Part shown: piece by piece, positions 47,424 through 59,806 of the stretch
Layout of the letters: each line of letters opens with the position of its first letter
Numbering within the stretch: position 1 is the stretch's first letter
Assembly: GCA_021783915.1 (NCBI GenBank)
Contig: JAJXTI010000001.1
Location: forward strand, 1,540 to 65,539
Reading direction: 5' to 3'
Source of the DNA: a bacterium
GTDB taxonomy: Bacteria; Omnitrophota; Gorgyraeia; Zapsychrales; Fredricksoniimonadaceae
Length of the DNA: 64,000 nt
The notes under the pieces: model-generated
What the model was told of the DNA's origin: nothing
The model's input: only the letters and a program-made list of their open reading frames with translations
Database searches by the model: none
Translations under genes and position numbers: made by a program

Positions 47424-48761
47424 ATGACACTGACCGACCTCTGGCAAAAAACCCAAAGTACCCTCAAAGAACAAATAGGATCCACCAGCTATGACACCTG
47501 GCTTTCCAGTCTCAGGGCCATCGACAAAGACACCGGTACCCTGGTTCTTCAGGCGCCTGATGAGTTCTTTAAGAACTGGATCATCGAGCATTATGCCCCT
47601 GCCATTGAACGCTGTCTTAACGCCGAGGCGGGTAGGGAAGTGGATCTGGAATTCGAGGTCAACGGCCAACTCATGGCCGTCCCTCCACAAAAACTGCTGC
47701 AGTCTTTTGAAAAACAATTTGACCAAACCACCCCTAAAACCACCGTCCATTTGAATCCGCGTTTCCTTTTTGAAAATTTTGTCGTTGGGCCTTCGAACCG
47801 CTTTGCTTTCGCCGCGGCCCAGGCCGTTGCCGAGGCGCCGGCCAAAATGTATAATCCTTTTTTTATCTATGGCCCAGTCGGTCTTGGAAAAACACATTTG
47901 ATGCAGTCCATCACCCATGAAGTTGCCCGTAAACATCCAGCACTTAAAGTTTGCTATCTTTCTTCGGAACAATTTACCAATGAACTGATTAACGCTATCC
48001 GCCACCGTTCGGCAGACAGTTTTCGTCAAAAGTACCGCACCATTGATGTGCTTCTCATCGATGACATTCATTTCATCGCCGGGAAAGAAAGCACCCAGGA
48101 AGAGTTTTTCCATACCTTTAACGTGCTGCACGACAACCGCAAACAAATTATCATCTGTTCCGACAGGCCGCCCAAGGAAATCGCTCATTTGGAAGAACGC
48201 CTGGTCTCGCGTTTTAATTGGGGGTTGATCGCCGATGTTCAACCGCCGGACTATGAAACCCGCGTGGCCATTTTGCGTAAAAAGCTTGAGCTGGAATCCG
48301 TAAAAGTGCCCGATGATGTATTAATTTTTATTGCCAGTGAAATAAAAACCAATATCCGGGAACTGGAAGGAGCGCTGCTCCGCGTGGTGGCCTATTCAAT
48401 GCTGGAAGAAAAACCCGTCAACCTTTCCATTGCCAAGTCCGTTCTTAAAGATATGGTCAAGGAAACGGTCAAAACAATCAGCGTTGATATGGTGCAAAAA
48501 GAGGTGGCAGGATTTTTTAATATTTCCTTAAATGACCTTAAAAACAAATCTCGGCATAAAAATGTGGTGGTGCCCAGACAAGTAGCTATGTATTTATCGC
48601 GTAAATTAACAACGCATTCTTTGCCGGAAATCGGGGCTGCTTTTGGAGGTAAAGACCATACTACAATTTTACATGCAGTAAAAAAAGTTGAAGAAATTCT
48701 TTTAAAAGACGAACAAATAAGGAAAATAGTAGATACATTAACAAATAGTCTGTTAGTGTAG
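47424..48761 (+). CDS. dnaA: chromosomal replication initiator DnaA
   Basis: AAA+ Walker A GPVGLGKTHL and DnaA signature C-terminal HTH (VAMYLSRKLT). Confidence 0.95.
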   Translation: MTLTDLWQKTQSTLKEQIGSTSYDTWLSSLRAIDKDTGTLVLQAPDEFFKNWIIEHYAPAIERCLNAEAGREVDLEFEVNGQLMAVPPQKLLQSFEKQFDQTTPKTTVHLNPRFLFENFVVGPSNRFAFAAAQAVAEAPAKMYNPFFIYGPVGLGKTHLMQSITHEVARKHPALKVCYLSSEQFTNELINAIRHRSADSFRQKYRTIDVLLIDDIHFIAGKESTQEEFFHTFNVLHDNRKQIIICSDRPPKEIAHLEERLVSRFNWGLIADVQPPDYETRVAILRKKLELESVKVPDDVLIFIASEIKTNIRELEGALLRVVAYSMLEEKPVNLSIAKSVLKDMVKETVKTISVDMVQKEVAGFFNISLNDLKNKSRHKNVVVPRQVAMYLSRKLTTHSLPEIGAAFGGKDHTTILHAVKKVEEILLKDEQIRKIVDTLTNSLLV

Positions 48762-48763
48762 CT

Positions 48764-48925
48764 GTGAATAGCTTTTAGAAGTTACCCTCAAGTTATCCAC
48801 AGCTGTGAATATTGTAAAGCCTTGAAAAAAATAAAGTTTTGAGCCTTATTCAATTTATCCACAGGGCTTACTAATATTACTACTAATTGTAAAACGTTAA
48901 CCATTTAGTTAAATTAGCTAAGGGT
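48764..48925. promoter_or_regulatory. oriC candidate: four DnaA boxes plus an AT-rich unwinding element in the dnaA-dnaN spacer
   Basis: tgtgaatag (48764), ttatccacagctgtgaata (48793-48811, a repeat of the upstream 19-mer), ttatccaca (48856), then an AT-rich stretch 48866-48925. Confidence 0.7.
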
Positions 48926-48931
48926 GTGATT

Positions 48932-50020
48932 ATGAAAATTAAAGTGAATAAAGAGGAATTATTGAGAGTTATAGGTGTTGTGGGCAATATAGTTTCTACA
49001 CGGGCCACCTTACCTATATTATCCAATATGATGCTGGAGGCCAAAGATGATATTTTAAAGCTTAACACAACGGATTTGGATATCGGTATATCCTGTGAAT
49101 TGCCTGTGTATATATATGAACAAGGAGCGATTACGGTCCCAGCTAAAAAATTTTCAGACATTATCCGTGAACTCCCTTTAGGGGAAGTTGTTTTATATGT
49201 AAGAAAAAATAATCAGGTGGAGATTGAAGGGACCAATTGCCGTTTTAAACTTAACGGGCTTCCTAAAGAAGAATTTCCGAAGTTTCCGGAATTTAAAGAT
49301 AAAGATGTAGTTTTAATTAAACAAAATAATTTAAAAGAAATGATTCGTTTGACAAACTTTGCGGTGTCTTTCGAAGAGTCGCGGTATGTTCTTAATGGTA
49401 TTTTACTGGAAGTTTCAGGAGACATGGTTCGTATGGTGGCCACCGATGGCAGGCGTTTGGCAAAAATGGAAAAAAAGCTTGTTCAGTCCAGCCACAAAGA
49501 ATTAAGTATTATTATCCCTATTAAAGCCATTAGTGAAATCAACCGTAACCTTAAAGACACAGGGGAGTGTTCTATTATTTACGGCACAAACCAGGTCTTG
49601 TTTAACATCGACGGTGTTTTAATTGCCACTCGCATTATTGAAGGGGAATTTCCCAATTATAAACAAGTCATTCCTAAAGAGATTTTTACCAAAGCCAAGG
49701 TCAAAACACAAGATCTCTTGGCAGCGATCCGTCGCGCGAATCTTTTATCCACCCCGGATTTTCAGGCGATCAAATTTGAATTATTCAAAGACAAAATGGT
49801 CATTTCCAAATCTACCCCTGATGTGGGCGAATCCAGGGAAGAAGTGGACATTGAATACGGCCAGCAGGAACTAATGGTTGGCTTTAACCCGCAGTTTTTT
49901 ATCGATGTCCTTAAAAATTTAAGTGATGAAAAAATAGATCTGGAATTTTTAGGGCCGGATAAGCCCTGCGTGCTACGTTTAAGAGATTATCTTTATTTAG
50001 CATTACCGATGAGGTTGTAA
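48932..50020 (+). CDS. dnaN: DNA polymerase III beta sliding clamp
   Basis: Three-domain clamp. Start taken at MKIKVNKEELL; the ORF-track start is 6 nt upstream. Confidence 0.9.
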   Translation: MKIKVNKEELLRVIGVVGNIVSTRATLPILSNMMLEAKDDILKLNTTDLDIGISCELPVYIYEQGAITVPAKKFSDIIRELPLGEVVLYVRKNNQVEIEGTNCRFKLNGLPKEEFPKFPEFKDKDVVLIKQNNLKEMIRLTNFAVSFEESRYVLNGILLEVSGDMVRMVATDGRRLAKMEKKLVQSSHKELSIIIPIKAISEINRNLKDTGECSIIYGTNQVLFNIDGVLIATRIIEGEFPNYKQVIPKEIFTKAKVKTQDLLAAIRRANLLSTPDFQAIKFELFKDKMVISKSTPDVGESREEVDIEYGQQELMVGFNPQFFIDVLKNLSDEKIDLEFLGPDKPCVLRLRDYLYLALPMRL

Positions 50021-50024
50021 ACAG

Positions 50025-52741
<2,717 letters not shown>

Positions 52742-52812
52742 CCCTCCCCTCCCCCGGAGCTGGAAATTTTCTAACCCCGGGGGTTATGAAGGTATGGAAA
52801 GGTCTATGTTTT

Positions 52813-55266
52813 ATGCGTGACGCGAATAAAAAAGAAAAAATAATTCCTGTATACATTGAAGATGAGATGAAGAATTCTTATCTTTCCTATTCCATGTCCG
52901 TCATCGTCGGACGCGCTTTGCCGGATGTGCGTGACGGGCTAAAACCCGTGCACCGGCGCATTCTGTACGCGATGAAAGAACTAAACCTAGAGCACAACAA
53001 ACCTTATAAGAAAAGCGCCCGTATTGTCGGTGAAGTTTTGGGCAAGTACCATCCCCATGGCGACACGGCCGTCTACGATACCATGGTGCGCATGGTGCAG
53101 GACTTTTCCCTGCGCTACCCCTTGATTGATGGGCAGGGCAACTTCGGTTCCATCGATGGAGACGCTGCGGCGGCGATGCGCTATACGGAGGCACGCATGG
53201 CTTCCGTGGCCCAGATCATGCTCGACGACATTGAAAAAGAGACTGTTGAATTTTCCCCTAATTTCGACGGGTCTTTGACAGAGCCGGACATCCTGCCGGC
53301 TCTGGTGCCCAATTTACTGGTCAACGGTTCATCGGGGATCGCTGTTGGCATGGCCACCAACATGCCCCCGCAAAATTTAGGGGAAGTAGTCGAGGGGATC
53401 ATGTACCTGTTAGACTCCCCGGACGCGTCCATCAAGGACCTGATGAAGCTTGTCAAGGGGCCTGATTTTCCAACGGGAGGGATCATCTGCGGCAGAGAGG
53501 GGATCGTGGACGCTTACAATACAGGACGGGGCAAGATCATTATCCGTGCCCGTGCTTTAATTGAACAACAAAAGGCAAACAGGGAAGCCATTATCATCAC
53601 CGAGGTTCCCTACCAGGTCAATAAGGCCAATTTGATTTCAACGATCGCGGACCTTGTGCAAAACAAACAAATTGACGGAATCACAGATATTCGCGATGAA
53701 TCAGACAAAGACGGCATTCGTGTGGTCATTGAGCTTAGGCGCGACGTGGACCCCAATATTGTCTTGAACTACCTCTTTAAACACACGCAAATGGAGGTGA
53801 CCTTTGGCATCATCAATTTGGCCCTGGTCAACAAATCCCCCCGGGTATTGACCCTTAAGCAGTTGATGCAGCAGTATATCGATCACAGGCGTCATGTGAT
53901 TCGCCGCCGCACACAGTTTGATCTGGACAAAGCTCTTCGACGGGCCCATATTTTAGAAGGACTTAAGATCGCCTTTAAGTTTTTGGATGAGATCATCAAA
54001 ACTATCCGCGCTTCCAAAACGACCGCCGAGGCCAAGGAAGCTCTGATTAAAAAATTCGAACTTTCCGACGCGCAAGCCCAGGCCATTCTGGAAATGCAGT
54101 TGCAGCGTCTAGCGGCCCTTGAAAGAGACAAAATTGAAGCGGAATACCAGCAGCTTTTAAAAGACATTGACAATCTCCGTGCGATTTTGGCCTCCGAGAA
54201 AAAAGTTGACGGTATTATTAAAGAAGAGTTGGAGGGGTTGAAAAAGAAATACGCTGATGAGCGTCGCACGGAAATCGCTGCTAAGGCGGAGGACATTGAA
54301 ATCGAAGACATGATTGCCGAGGAGGACATGGCGATCACTATCAGCAACAAGGGATATATCAAGCGTTTGTCTGTCGATGCGTATCGTTCACAAAGGCGCG
54401 GCGGCAAAGGCGTGACCGCCATGACCACTTCCGAGGAGGACTTTGTTGAGAGGTTGTTTGTGGCGTCCTCAAAAGATTATTTGCTCATCTTCTCTAACCA
54501 GGGAACGGTGCGCTGGCTTAAAGTCTATGAAATTCCCGTGGCCTCAAAGACGGCCAAAGGCAAGGCCATCGTGAACCTTCTTTCTTTTAAACCCGGCGAA
54601 GGAATCAGCGCTATCGTGGCCGTTAAGGAATTCAGGGAAGATGAATTCTTGGTCTTTGCCACGAAGCAGGGTTTGGTCAAAAAGACAAAGGTCTCTGCCT
54701 ATAGCAACCCGCGCAAAGGAGGTATCGTCGGAATCGGTTTGGAAAAAGGCGACGAGCTCATCGGTGTCGCTTTGAGCAATGGGAAAGAAGAGGTTCTTTT
54801 GGCGACCCATGAAGGGATTGCGTTGCGTTTTCCCGAAAAATTATTGCGCGATATGGGACGCTCCGCCAAGGGAGTGAGGGGCATTAAACTAAGCAAAGGT
54901 GATTATCTGGTCGCCATGCTCGTTTTCGCTCCGGACGTGGATAAGACGGGAGCAAAACTATTGACGGTCTGCGAGTTGGGCTACGCAAAGCGTTCGGACT
55001 TTGCCGATTACAGGACCCAATCCAGGGGGGGCAAGGGCATCATCAACGTCAAGGTGACCGAGAAAAACGGCCGTGTTGTCGGTGTTTTGACCGTCATGGA
55101 TGACGACCAGATTATGGCCGTTACCAAAAAGGGGATGGTGGTGAGATCTTCCCCTTCGGAAATTCGGGAGACCGGCCGTTCCGCCATCGGTGTGCGGTTG
55201 ATTTCTTTGGAAAGCGGAGACCAGGTCTCCTCGGTTGCCCACGCTTTTTCCCGTGAGGAGGAATAA
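52813..55266 (+). CDS. gyrA: DNA gyrase subunit A
   Basis: Active-site region with AAMRYTE and HPHGD motifs, C-terminal beta-pinwheel repeats. Confidence 0.95.
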   Translation: MRDANKKEKIIPVYIEDEMKNSYLSYSMSVIVGRALPDVRDGLKPVHRRILYAMKELNLEHNKPYKKSARIVGEVLGKYHPHGDTAVYDTMVRMVQDFSLRYPLIDGQGNFGSIDGDAAAAMRYTEARMASVAQIMLDDIEKETVEFSPNFDGSLTEPDILPALVPNLLVNGSSGIAVGMATNMPPQNLGEVVEGIMYLLDSPDASIKDLMKLVKGPDFPTGGIICGREGIVDAYNTGRGKIIIRARALIEQQKANREAIIITEVPYQVNKANLISTIADLVQNKQIDGITDIRDESDKDGIRVVIELRRDVDPNIVLNYLFKHTQMEVTFGIINLALVNKSPRVLTLKQLMQQYIDHRRHVIRRRTQFDLDKALRRAHILEGLKIAFKFLDEIIKTIRASKTTAEAKEALIKKFELSDAQAQAILEMQLQRLAALERDKIEAEYQQLLKDIDNLRAILASEKKVDGIIKEELEGLKKKYADERRTEIAAKAEDIEIEDMIAEEDMAITISNKGYIKRLSVDAYRSQRRGGKGVTAMTTSEEDFVERLFVASSKDYLLIFSNQGTVRWLKVYEIPVASKTAKGKAIVNLLSFKPGEGISAIVAVKEFREDEFLVFATKQGLVKKTKVSAYSNPRKGGIVGIGLEKGDELIGVALSNGKEEVLLATHEGIALRFPEKLLRDMGRSAKGVRGIKLSKGDYLVAMLVFAPDVDKTGAKLLTVCELGYAKRSDFADYRTQSRGGKGIINVKVTEKNGRVVGVLTVMDDDQIMAVTKKGMVVRSSPSEIRETGRSAIGVRLISLESGDQVSSVAHAFSREEE

Positions 55267-55342
55267 ATAAACCCGCAGGTTTGGAAAAATCTTGACGACC
55301 CTAAAGAGGCCGCTATAATAGGCACTCTTGTTTGGTTCTTTT

Positions 55343-55419
55343 GACCCTATCGTCTAGCCCGGTCAGGACAAGAGCTTTTCAAGCTCTCGGCACGAGTTCA
55401 AATCTCGTTAGGGTCACCA
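55343..55419 (+). tRNA. tRNA-Glu (anticodon TTC)
   Basis: Acceptor GACCCTA/TAGGGTC. Anticodon stem AGAGC/GCTCT with loop TTTTCAA. T-arm ACGAG-TTCAAAT-CTCGT. CCA encoded. Confidence 0.75.
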
Positions 55420-55441
55420 TTTTTATTTAAGGAGGATCATT

Positions 55442-56089
55442 ATGTTAACGATCTACGGTTCAGACCTCTCAGGCCCTGCCAATAAAGTCCGTTTTGTGGC
55501 CAATTATTTAGGAATATCTTATGAATACCGTCAAGTTAATTTGCGCGAAGGGGAACAAAAACAAGAATGGTTTTTGAAGATTAACCCTATCGGCAAGGTG
55601 CCGGCGATGGATGACAATGGTTTCTGCCTGTTTGAAAGCGGTGCGATTTCTAAATACCTTTGCGATAAAAACGGTTCAAGTTTATACCCCCAAGATTTAA
55701 AACAAAGAGCGATCGTCGAACAATGGACGGACTTCGCGTCGTTACACATCATGGTCAATGTGGCCAAAGTCACGTACAATCGCCTGTTTGCTCCACGCAG
55801 AGGGCTTCCTGTAAGCCAGGAGTCCATTGATGATGGGACTAAATGTTTAGAACAATATTTCCCCTCTATTGAAAAACAATTGGGCCAACATAAATATTTG
55901 GCGGGGATCCAAATAACTTTGGCAGACATGACATTGTTGGCGGCCATGGATCCGTGTGAACTTTCCGGGATCGATTTGAGCAAATACCCTAAAATCACAG
56001 CTTGGCGCAAGGAACTAAAGATACAAAGCTTTTATATTAAATGCCATAAGGAATACGGGGAAAGCCTTAAAGCAGCATTAGGCCGATGA
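55442..56089 (+). CDS. glutathione S-transferase family protein
   Basis: Thioredoxin-like N-domain with KVPAMDDNGFCLFESGAISKYL. Confidence 0.75.
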   Translation: MLTIYGSDLSGPANKVRFVANYLGISYEYRQVNLREGEQKQEWFLKINPIGKVPAMDDNGFCLFESGAISKYLCDKNGSSLYPQDLKQRAIVEQWTDFASLHIMVNVAKVTYNRLFAPRRGLPVSQESIDDGTKCLEQYFPSIEKQLGQHKYLAGIQITLADMTLLAAMDPCELSGIDLSKYPKITAWRKELKIQSFYIKCHKEYGESLKAALGR

Positions 56090-56883
56090 AAGTTGCGCTG
56101 ATCCAGTTTCAAGCGACAGACAATAAAAACGATAATATTCGACGGGCAAAAGAATCTGTTAAAGAGGCGATTGCGAAAAAAGCCAAATGGGTTCTTTTGC
56201 CGGAGATTTTCAGTTTTCGTGGGGACCTCCGCGACAAAGAAATTCTGCAGCAGGTCCGCGAACACATACCGGGCAAAACCACCCAGGAATTCCTGAAATT
56301 AGCCCAAGCGCATAAAGCAGACATTCTGTTGGGCTCTTTATTGGAAGAAGCTCCTGGAGCTAAAGCGTACAACACAACGGTGGCTTTAAACGGATCCTCG
56401 GGGAAGATAAGAAAATATCGAAAAATTCATTTATTCGAGGCTGTTTTGGGTGATAAGATATTGAACGAGTCCGTTTGTTTTTCCAAAGGGAACCGGTTGG
56501 GAACAGTTTACGTCGGAGAATTTAAGGTAGGGTTGAGCGTTTGTTACGATTTAAGATTTCCTGGTCTTTATCAAAAATATGCGCAGATGGGGGCCACGGC
56601 TTTAACTGTCCCGTCATGTTTTACCAAGCAAACCGGACGGGCGCATTGGGAAAGCTTGTTAAAAGCCAGGGCCATTGAAAACCTTTGTTATGTGTTCGCT
56701 CCCAATCAAGTTGGCAAAGATACCCGGGGGATTGAAGCGTACGGCCACAGCATGGTTGTAGACCCTTGGGGGCGCGTGGTGGCTTGTGGATTGTCGAACA
56801 AAGAAGAAATCATTTACGCGGACGTTTTTCTCCAAGAAGTTAAAGAGGCCCGGAGGAGATTGCCGGGAATAATCAAGGACTAA
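56086..56883 (+). CDS. carbon-nitrogen hydrolase (nitrilase superfamily)
   Basis: E-K-C triad context ([24 protein letters not shown]). Confidence 0.8.
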   Translation: MKVALIQFQATDNKNDNIRRAKESVKEAIAKKAKWVLLPEIFSFRGDLRDKEILQQVREHIPGKTTQEFLKLAQAHKADILLGSLLEEAPGAKAYNTTVALNGSSGKIRKYRKIHLFEAVLGDKILNESVCFSKGNRLGTVYVGEFKVGLSVCYDLRFPGLYQKYAQMGATALTVPSCFTKQTGRAHWESLLKARAIENLCYVFAPNQVGKDTRGIEAYGHSMVVDPWGRVVACGLSNKEEIIYADVFLQEVKEARRRLPGIIKD

Positions 56884-56888
56884 ACAAC

Positions 56889-57869
56889 ATGACTCAACGT
56901 ATTAAAGTAGCGGTTACCGGGGCAGCAGGACAAATCGGATATGCTTTGCTTTTTCGCATTGCCTCAGGGGAGATGTTCGGCAAAGACACCCAAATCGATT
57001 TAAGTCTTTTGGAGCTAGAAAAAGCTTTGCCGGCCTTAGGCGGCGTTGTTATGGAATTGGACGATTGCGCCTTCCCTTTGTTAAAAAGCGTCCAAACGGC
57101 GTCCGATGCCAACATTGCATTTAAGGATGCCGACTGGGCATTGTTGGTCGGGAGCGTGCCTCGCAAAGAAGGCATGGAGCGAGCAGACCTCTTAAAAATC
57201 AACGGAGGGGTTTTTATTGAACAAGGCAAGGCCCTTTCTAATAATGCTAAACCGTCATGTAAAGTCCTCGTTGTAGGGAATCCATGCAATACCAATTGCT
57301 ATATTGCCAAGAGTGTTTGTAAAAACATTTCCCCTAGGAATTTTTTTGCCATGACGATGCTTGATCAAAATCGCGCGACGACTCAATTGGCCCAGAAAGC
57401 AAAAGTTGCGGTCATGGATGTCAAAAGAATGGTCATTTGGGGCAATCATTCGGCAACACAGTACCCTGATTTTTATAATGCCCTTATTAAAGGGCGTCCG
57501 GCAACGGAGGCCATCAGTGATTTGAACTGGCTTCAAACAACTTTTATTGACACCATACAAAAGCGCGGGGTGGCTGTCATTAAAGCAAGAGGGCTCTCTT
57601 CAGCAGCCTCAGCAGCCAATGCCATTATTGATACCGTACACGCTATTGTTACCCCTACAGCAACCGGGGAGTGTTTTTCAGCAGTGGTGAATTCTGATGG
57701 GAGCTACGGCATACCCGAGGGAGTTATGTTTGGCTTCCCCTTACAAAGCGATGGGCTCAACTGGAAAATCGTGCAAGGGATTGTGCACAATGATTTTTCC
57801 AAAAATAAGATCAAAGCGACGAAGGAAGAACTCTTAAGCGAGGCAGATGCGGTAAAAGGGTTGATTTAA
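56889..57869 (+). CDS. mdh: malate dehydrogenase (NAD-dependent, LDH-like family)
   Basis: [15 protein letters not shown] Rossmann motif and MDH-type catalytic region. Confidence 0.85.
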   Translation: MTQRIKVAVTGAAGQIGYALLFRIASGEMFGKDTQIDLSLLELEKALPALGGVVMELDDCAFPLLKSVQTASDANIAFKDADWALLVGSVPRKEGMERADLLKINGGVFIEQGKALSNNAKPSCKVLVVGNPCNTNCYIAKSVCKNISPRNFFAMTMLDQNRATTQLAQKAKVAVMDVKRMVIWGNHSATQYPDFYNALIKGRPATEAISDLNWLQTTFIDTIQKRGVAVIKARGLSSAASAANAIIDTVHAIVTPTATGECFSAVVNSDGSYGIPEGVMFGFPLQSDGLNWKIVQGIVHNDFSKNKIKATKEELLSEADAVKGLI

Positions 57870-58034
57870 TAAAAACGCACCGTTTTTTAACTTATTAGGG
57901 GGCCATAGGTTATATAGGCAAGGTGGATGGAAGGTAAAAATTTTTTGAACGGAAGTTGCACATAGGGCATTCAACGGGTATACTTAATATATATTTTTGG
58001 GCGTTTTGGAAAGAGATTTTTTATTTTTATTTTT

Positions 58035-58943
58035 GTGGGCATCCTGGCCGGAGGTTTGACTGGTTGCGATCTGTTCTCTCCTGCCAAAAAGACGGAAAAA
58101 ACTTCTTCCGCAGAAGTTACAACCAACACGGCCGCCAACACAGTATCGGAGACGGCCAATGAAAACGCCAGTGACCAAGGGCCCCTGCCCCCTGATGTCG
58201 TTGCCCGCGTGGGCAGCTGGACATTGACAACAGACGACTTTAACCAAAAGCTTAAACTTTTTAAACAGGTGCAGCCGAATTTCAATGACAAAGACCCAAA
58301 GGTCGAAGCTTCTGTTGTGGATGAATTAATCCGCCAGCAGTTGTTAGTCCAAGACGCACAAAATTCTGACATCGGAGACCAAAAAGACATCAAAGCTGCC
58401 GTGGAGGATTTTCGCCGTTCGTTGTTGATGCAAGCATTGGCCAACCGTATCACCAAAGGAGTGGTCGCAACCGAAGCAGACGCGTTAAAATATTATGACG
58501 AGAATAAAAATATTTTTGTAAAATGGAAAGTCCGTCAAATCGTTGTCGCGGATGAAACCACCGCCAAGAACCTGTTGGTCCAAGTTTTACAAGGAGGAGA
58601 TTTTGCCGCTTTGGCCAAGGAACAATCCATAGATAAAACTGCCAAGCAAGGCGGCCTGATAGCGGACCCTAATAAGGCCCCCGTTGAGGTGCAAAAAGCC
58701 ATCGCTCCTTTAGACTCTGGGGGAACGAGCGCAGTATTCAAAGGCAAGGAAGGGTACTATTTAGTCCATGTTGATGAAAAAAACCCGGTCCCTTTTACAG
58801 AAGTCAAAGCGGAATTGGTTTCGGCGTTGACGGTCCGCAAGCAACAAAACGCTATATTAGAGTACATTAACAAATTGGCCCAGAAAACCAAGGTGGAAAT
58901 AAATAAAGAGCTCTTAGGGCTTAGCGATAATAAGCAGCCTTAA
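58035..58943 (+). CDS. parvulin-type peptidyl-prolyl isomerase lipoprotein (SurA/PrsA-like)
   Basis: LTGC lipobox, SurA-like N-domain and PpiC domain (GGLIADPNK...GYYLVHV). GTG start; exact start uncertain. Confidence 0.7.
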   Translation: MGILAGGLTGCDLFSPAKKTEKTSSAEVTTNTAANTVSETANENASDQGPLPPDVVARVGSWTLTTDDFNQKLKLFKQVQPNFNDKDPKVEASVVDELIRQQLLVQDAQNSDIGDQKDIKAAVEDFRRSLLMQALANRITKGVVATEADALKYYDENKNIFVKWKVRQIVVADETTAKNLLVQVLQGGDFAALAKEQSIDKTAKQGGLIADPNKAPVEVQKAIAPLDSGGTSAVFKGKEGYYLVHVDEKNPVPFTEVKAELVSALTVRKQQNAILEYINKLAQKTKVEINKELLGLSDNKQP

Positions 58944-58960
58944 AGGGTGGAGGTAATTTT

Positions 58961-59803
58961 ATGGCTATGGACAACAGAAGACAAATTGTTTTAATCGCTA
59001 TTGCCGTCGTTGCTGGGATTGGTGCGACGGTGCTGACCAGTCAGTATGTCACCAATAAAATCGATGAAAAGACCACAGAGCTTCATGATCAATATATGGC
59101 CCAGCAAAAAGAAGCGACAGAAAAATTGCAACTGCAAAGTCAACAGCAAATGGCGACCTTAGAAAATGAAATAAACCAGGTGCGTCAAGAGCAGCAGCAA
59201 GCTTTACAACAGGCCACTGCCGCCATGCGCGCCCAGCAGCAAGCTATGCAACAGGCGACAAAAGTAAAAAGAAGCAGCGTCCTGTTGACCGAAAAAACGC
59301 CTCCCGGCAAACGCGCAGTGACGGTCATGATTGATTCGTTGGCCGCAGTAGGGGGGTTATTAAACGCAGGTGATTTTGTGGACGTTATCGCCCACTTAAA
59401 CGTACCTCAAGAAAATGACGCGGCAGGAAAGACAAAGACGATAACGGCCATGGTTTTTCAAGATTTACAGGTGTTGGCCATTAACACTAATTTAGATAGC
59501 CCCGGGGAGTATGACGAACAACAGTCCGCTCCATCTTTAAAGATAACTTTTGCCGTGGATCCGCAGGAAGCGGGACTTTTGGCTTTTGCCGATAAAAACG
59601 GCAAATTGGAATTGGCCCTGAGGGCTCCCAACGAAAATGAAAAACAAATGGTCAAAACCTCAACGTGGAAAACGTTAGCAGACTATGTATTACAAAACCA
59701 AGGGGCTTCCCTTGATGTTCCTAATGAAGAAGGAGCACCAAAGGTGCAAGAGCCTGAACAAAAGCCTTACATTCAAATCTTTCGTGGAGGCAAGGAGCTT
59801 TAA
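58961..59803 (+). CDS. cpaB: Flp/Tad pilus assembly protein CpaB
   Basis: N-terminal TM, Gln-rich linker, SAF/CpaB C-domain. Confidence 0.7.
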   Translation: MAMDNRRQIVLIAIAVVAGIGATVLTSQYVTNKIDEKTTELHDQYMAQQKEATEKLQLQSQQQMATLENEINQVRQEQQQALQQATAAMRAQQQAMQQATKVKRSSVLLTEKTPPGKRAVTVMIDSLAAVGGLLNAGDFVDVIAHLNVPQENDAAGKTKTITAMVFQDLQVLAINTNLDSPGEYDEQQSAPSLKITFAVDPQEAGLLAFADKNGKLELALRAPNENEKQMVKTSTWKTLADYVLQNQGASLDVPNEEGAPKVQEPEQKPYIQIFRGGKEL

Positions 59804-59806
59804 TTC

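Noticed and set aside
52901-55325. Minus-strand ORFs inside gyrA (52901..53194, 53892..54428 and others)
   Set aside because: Antisense to gyrA. Arg/Ser/Ala-rich translations typical of GC-biased antisense frames.
57956-58456. ORFs 57956..58162 (+), 57971..58456 (-), 57984..58247 (-)
   Set aside because: They overlap the promoter and 5' region of the PPIase lipoprotein gene with no motifs. The minus ORFs are antisense to it.
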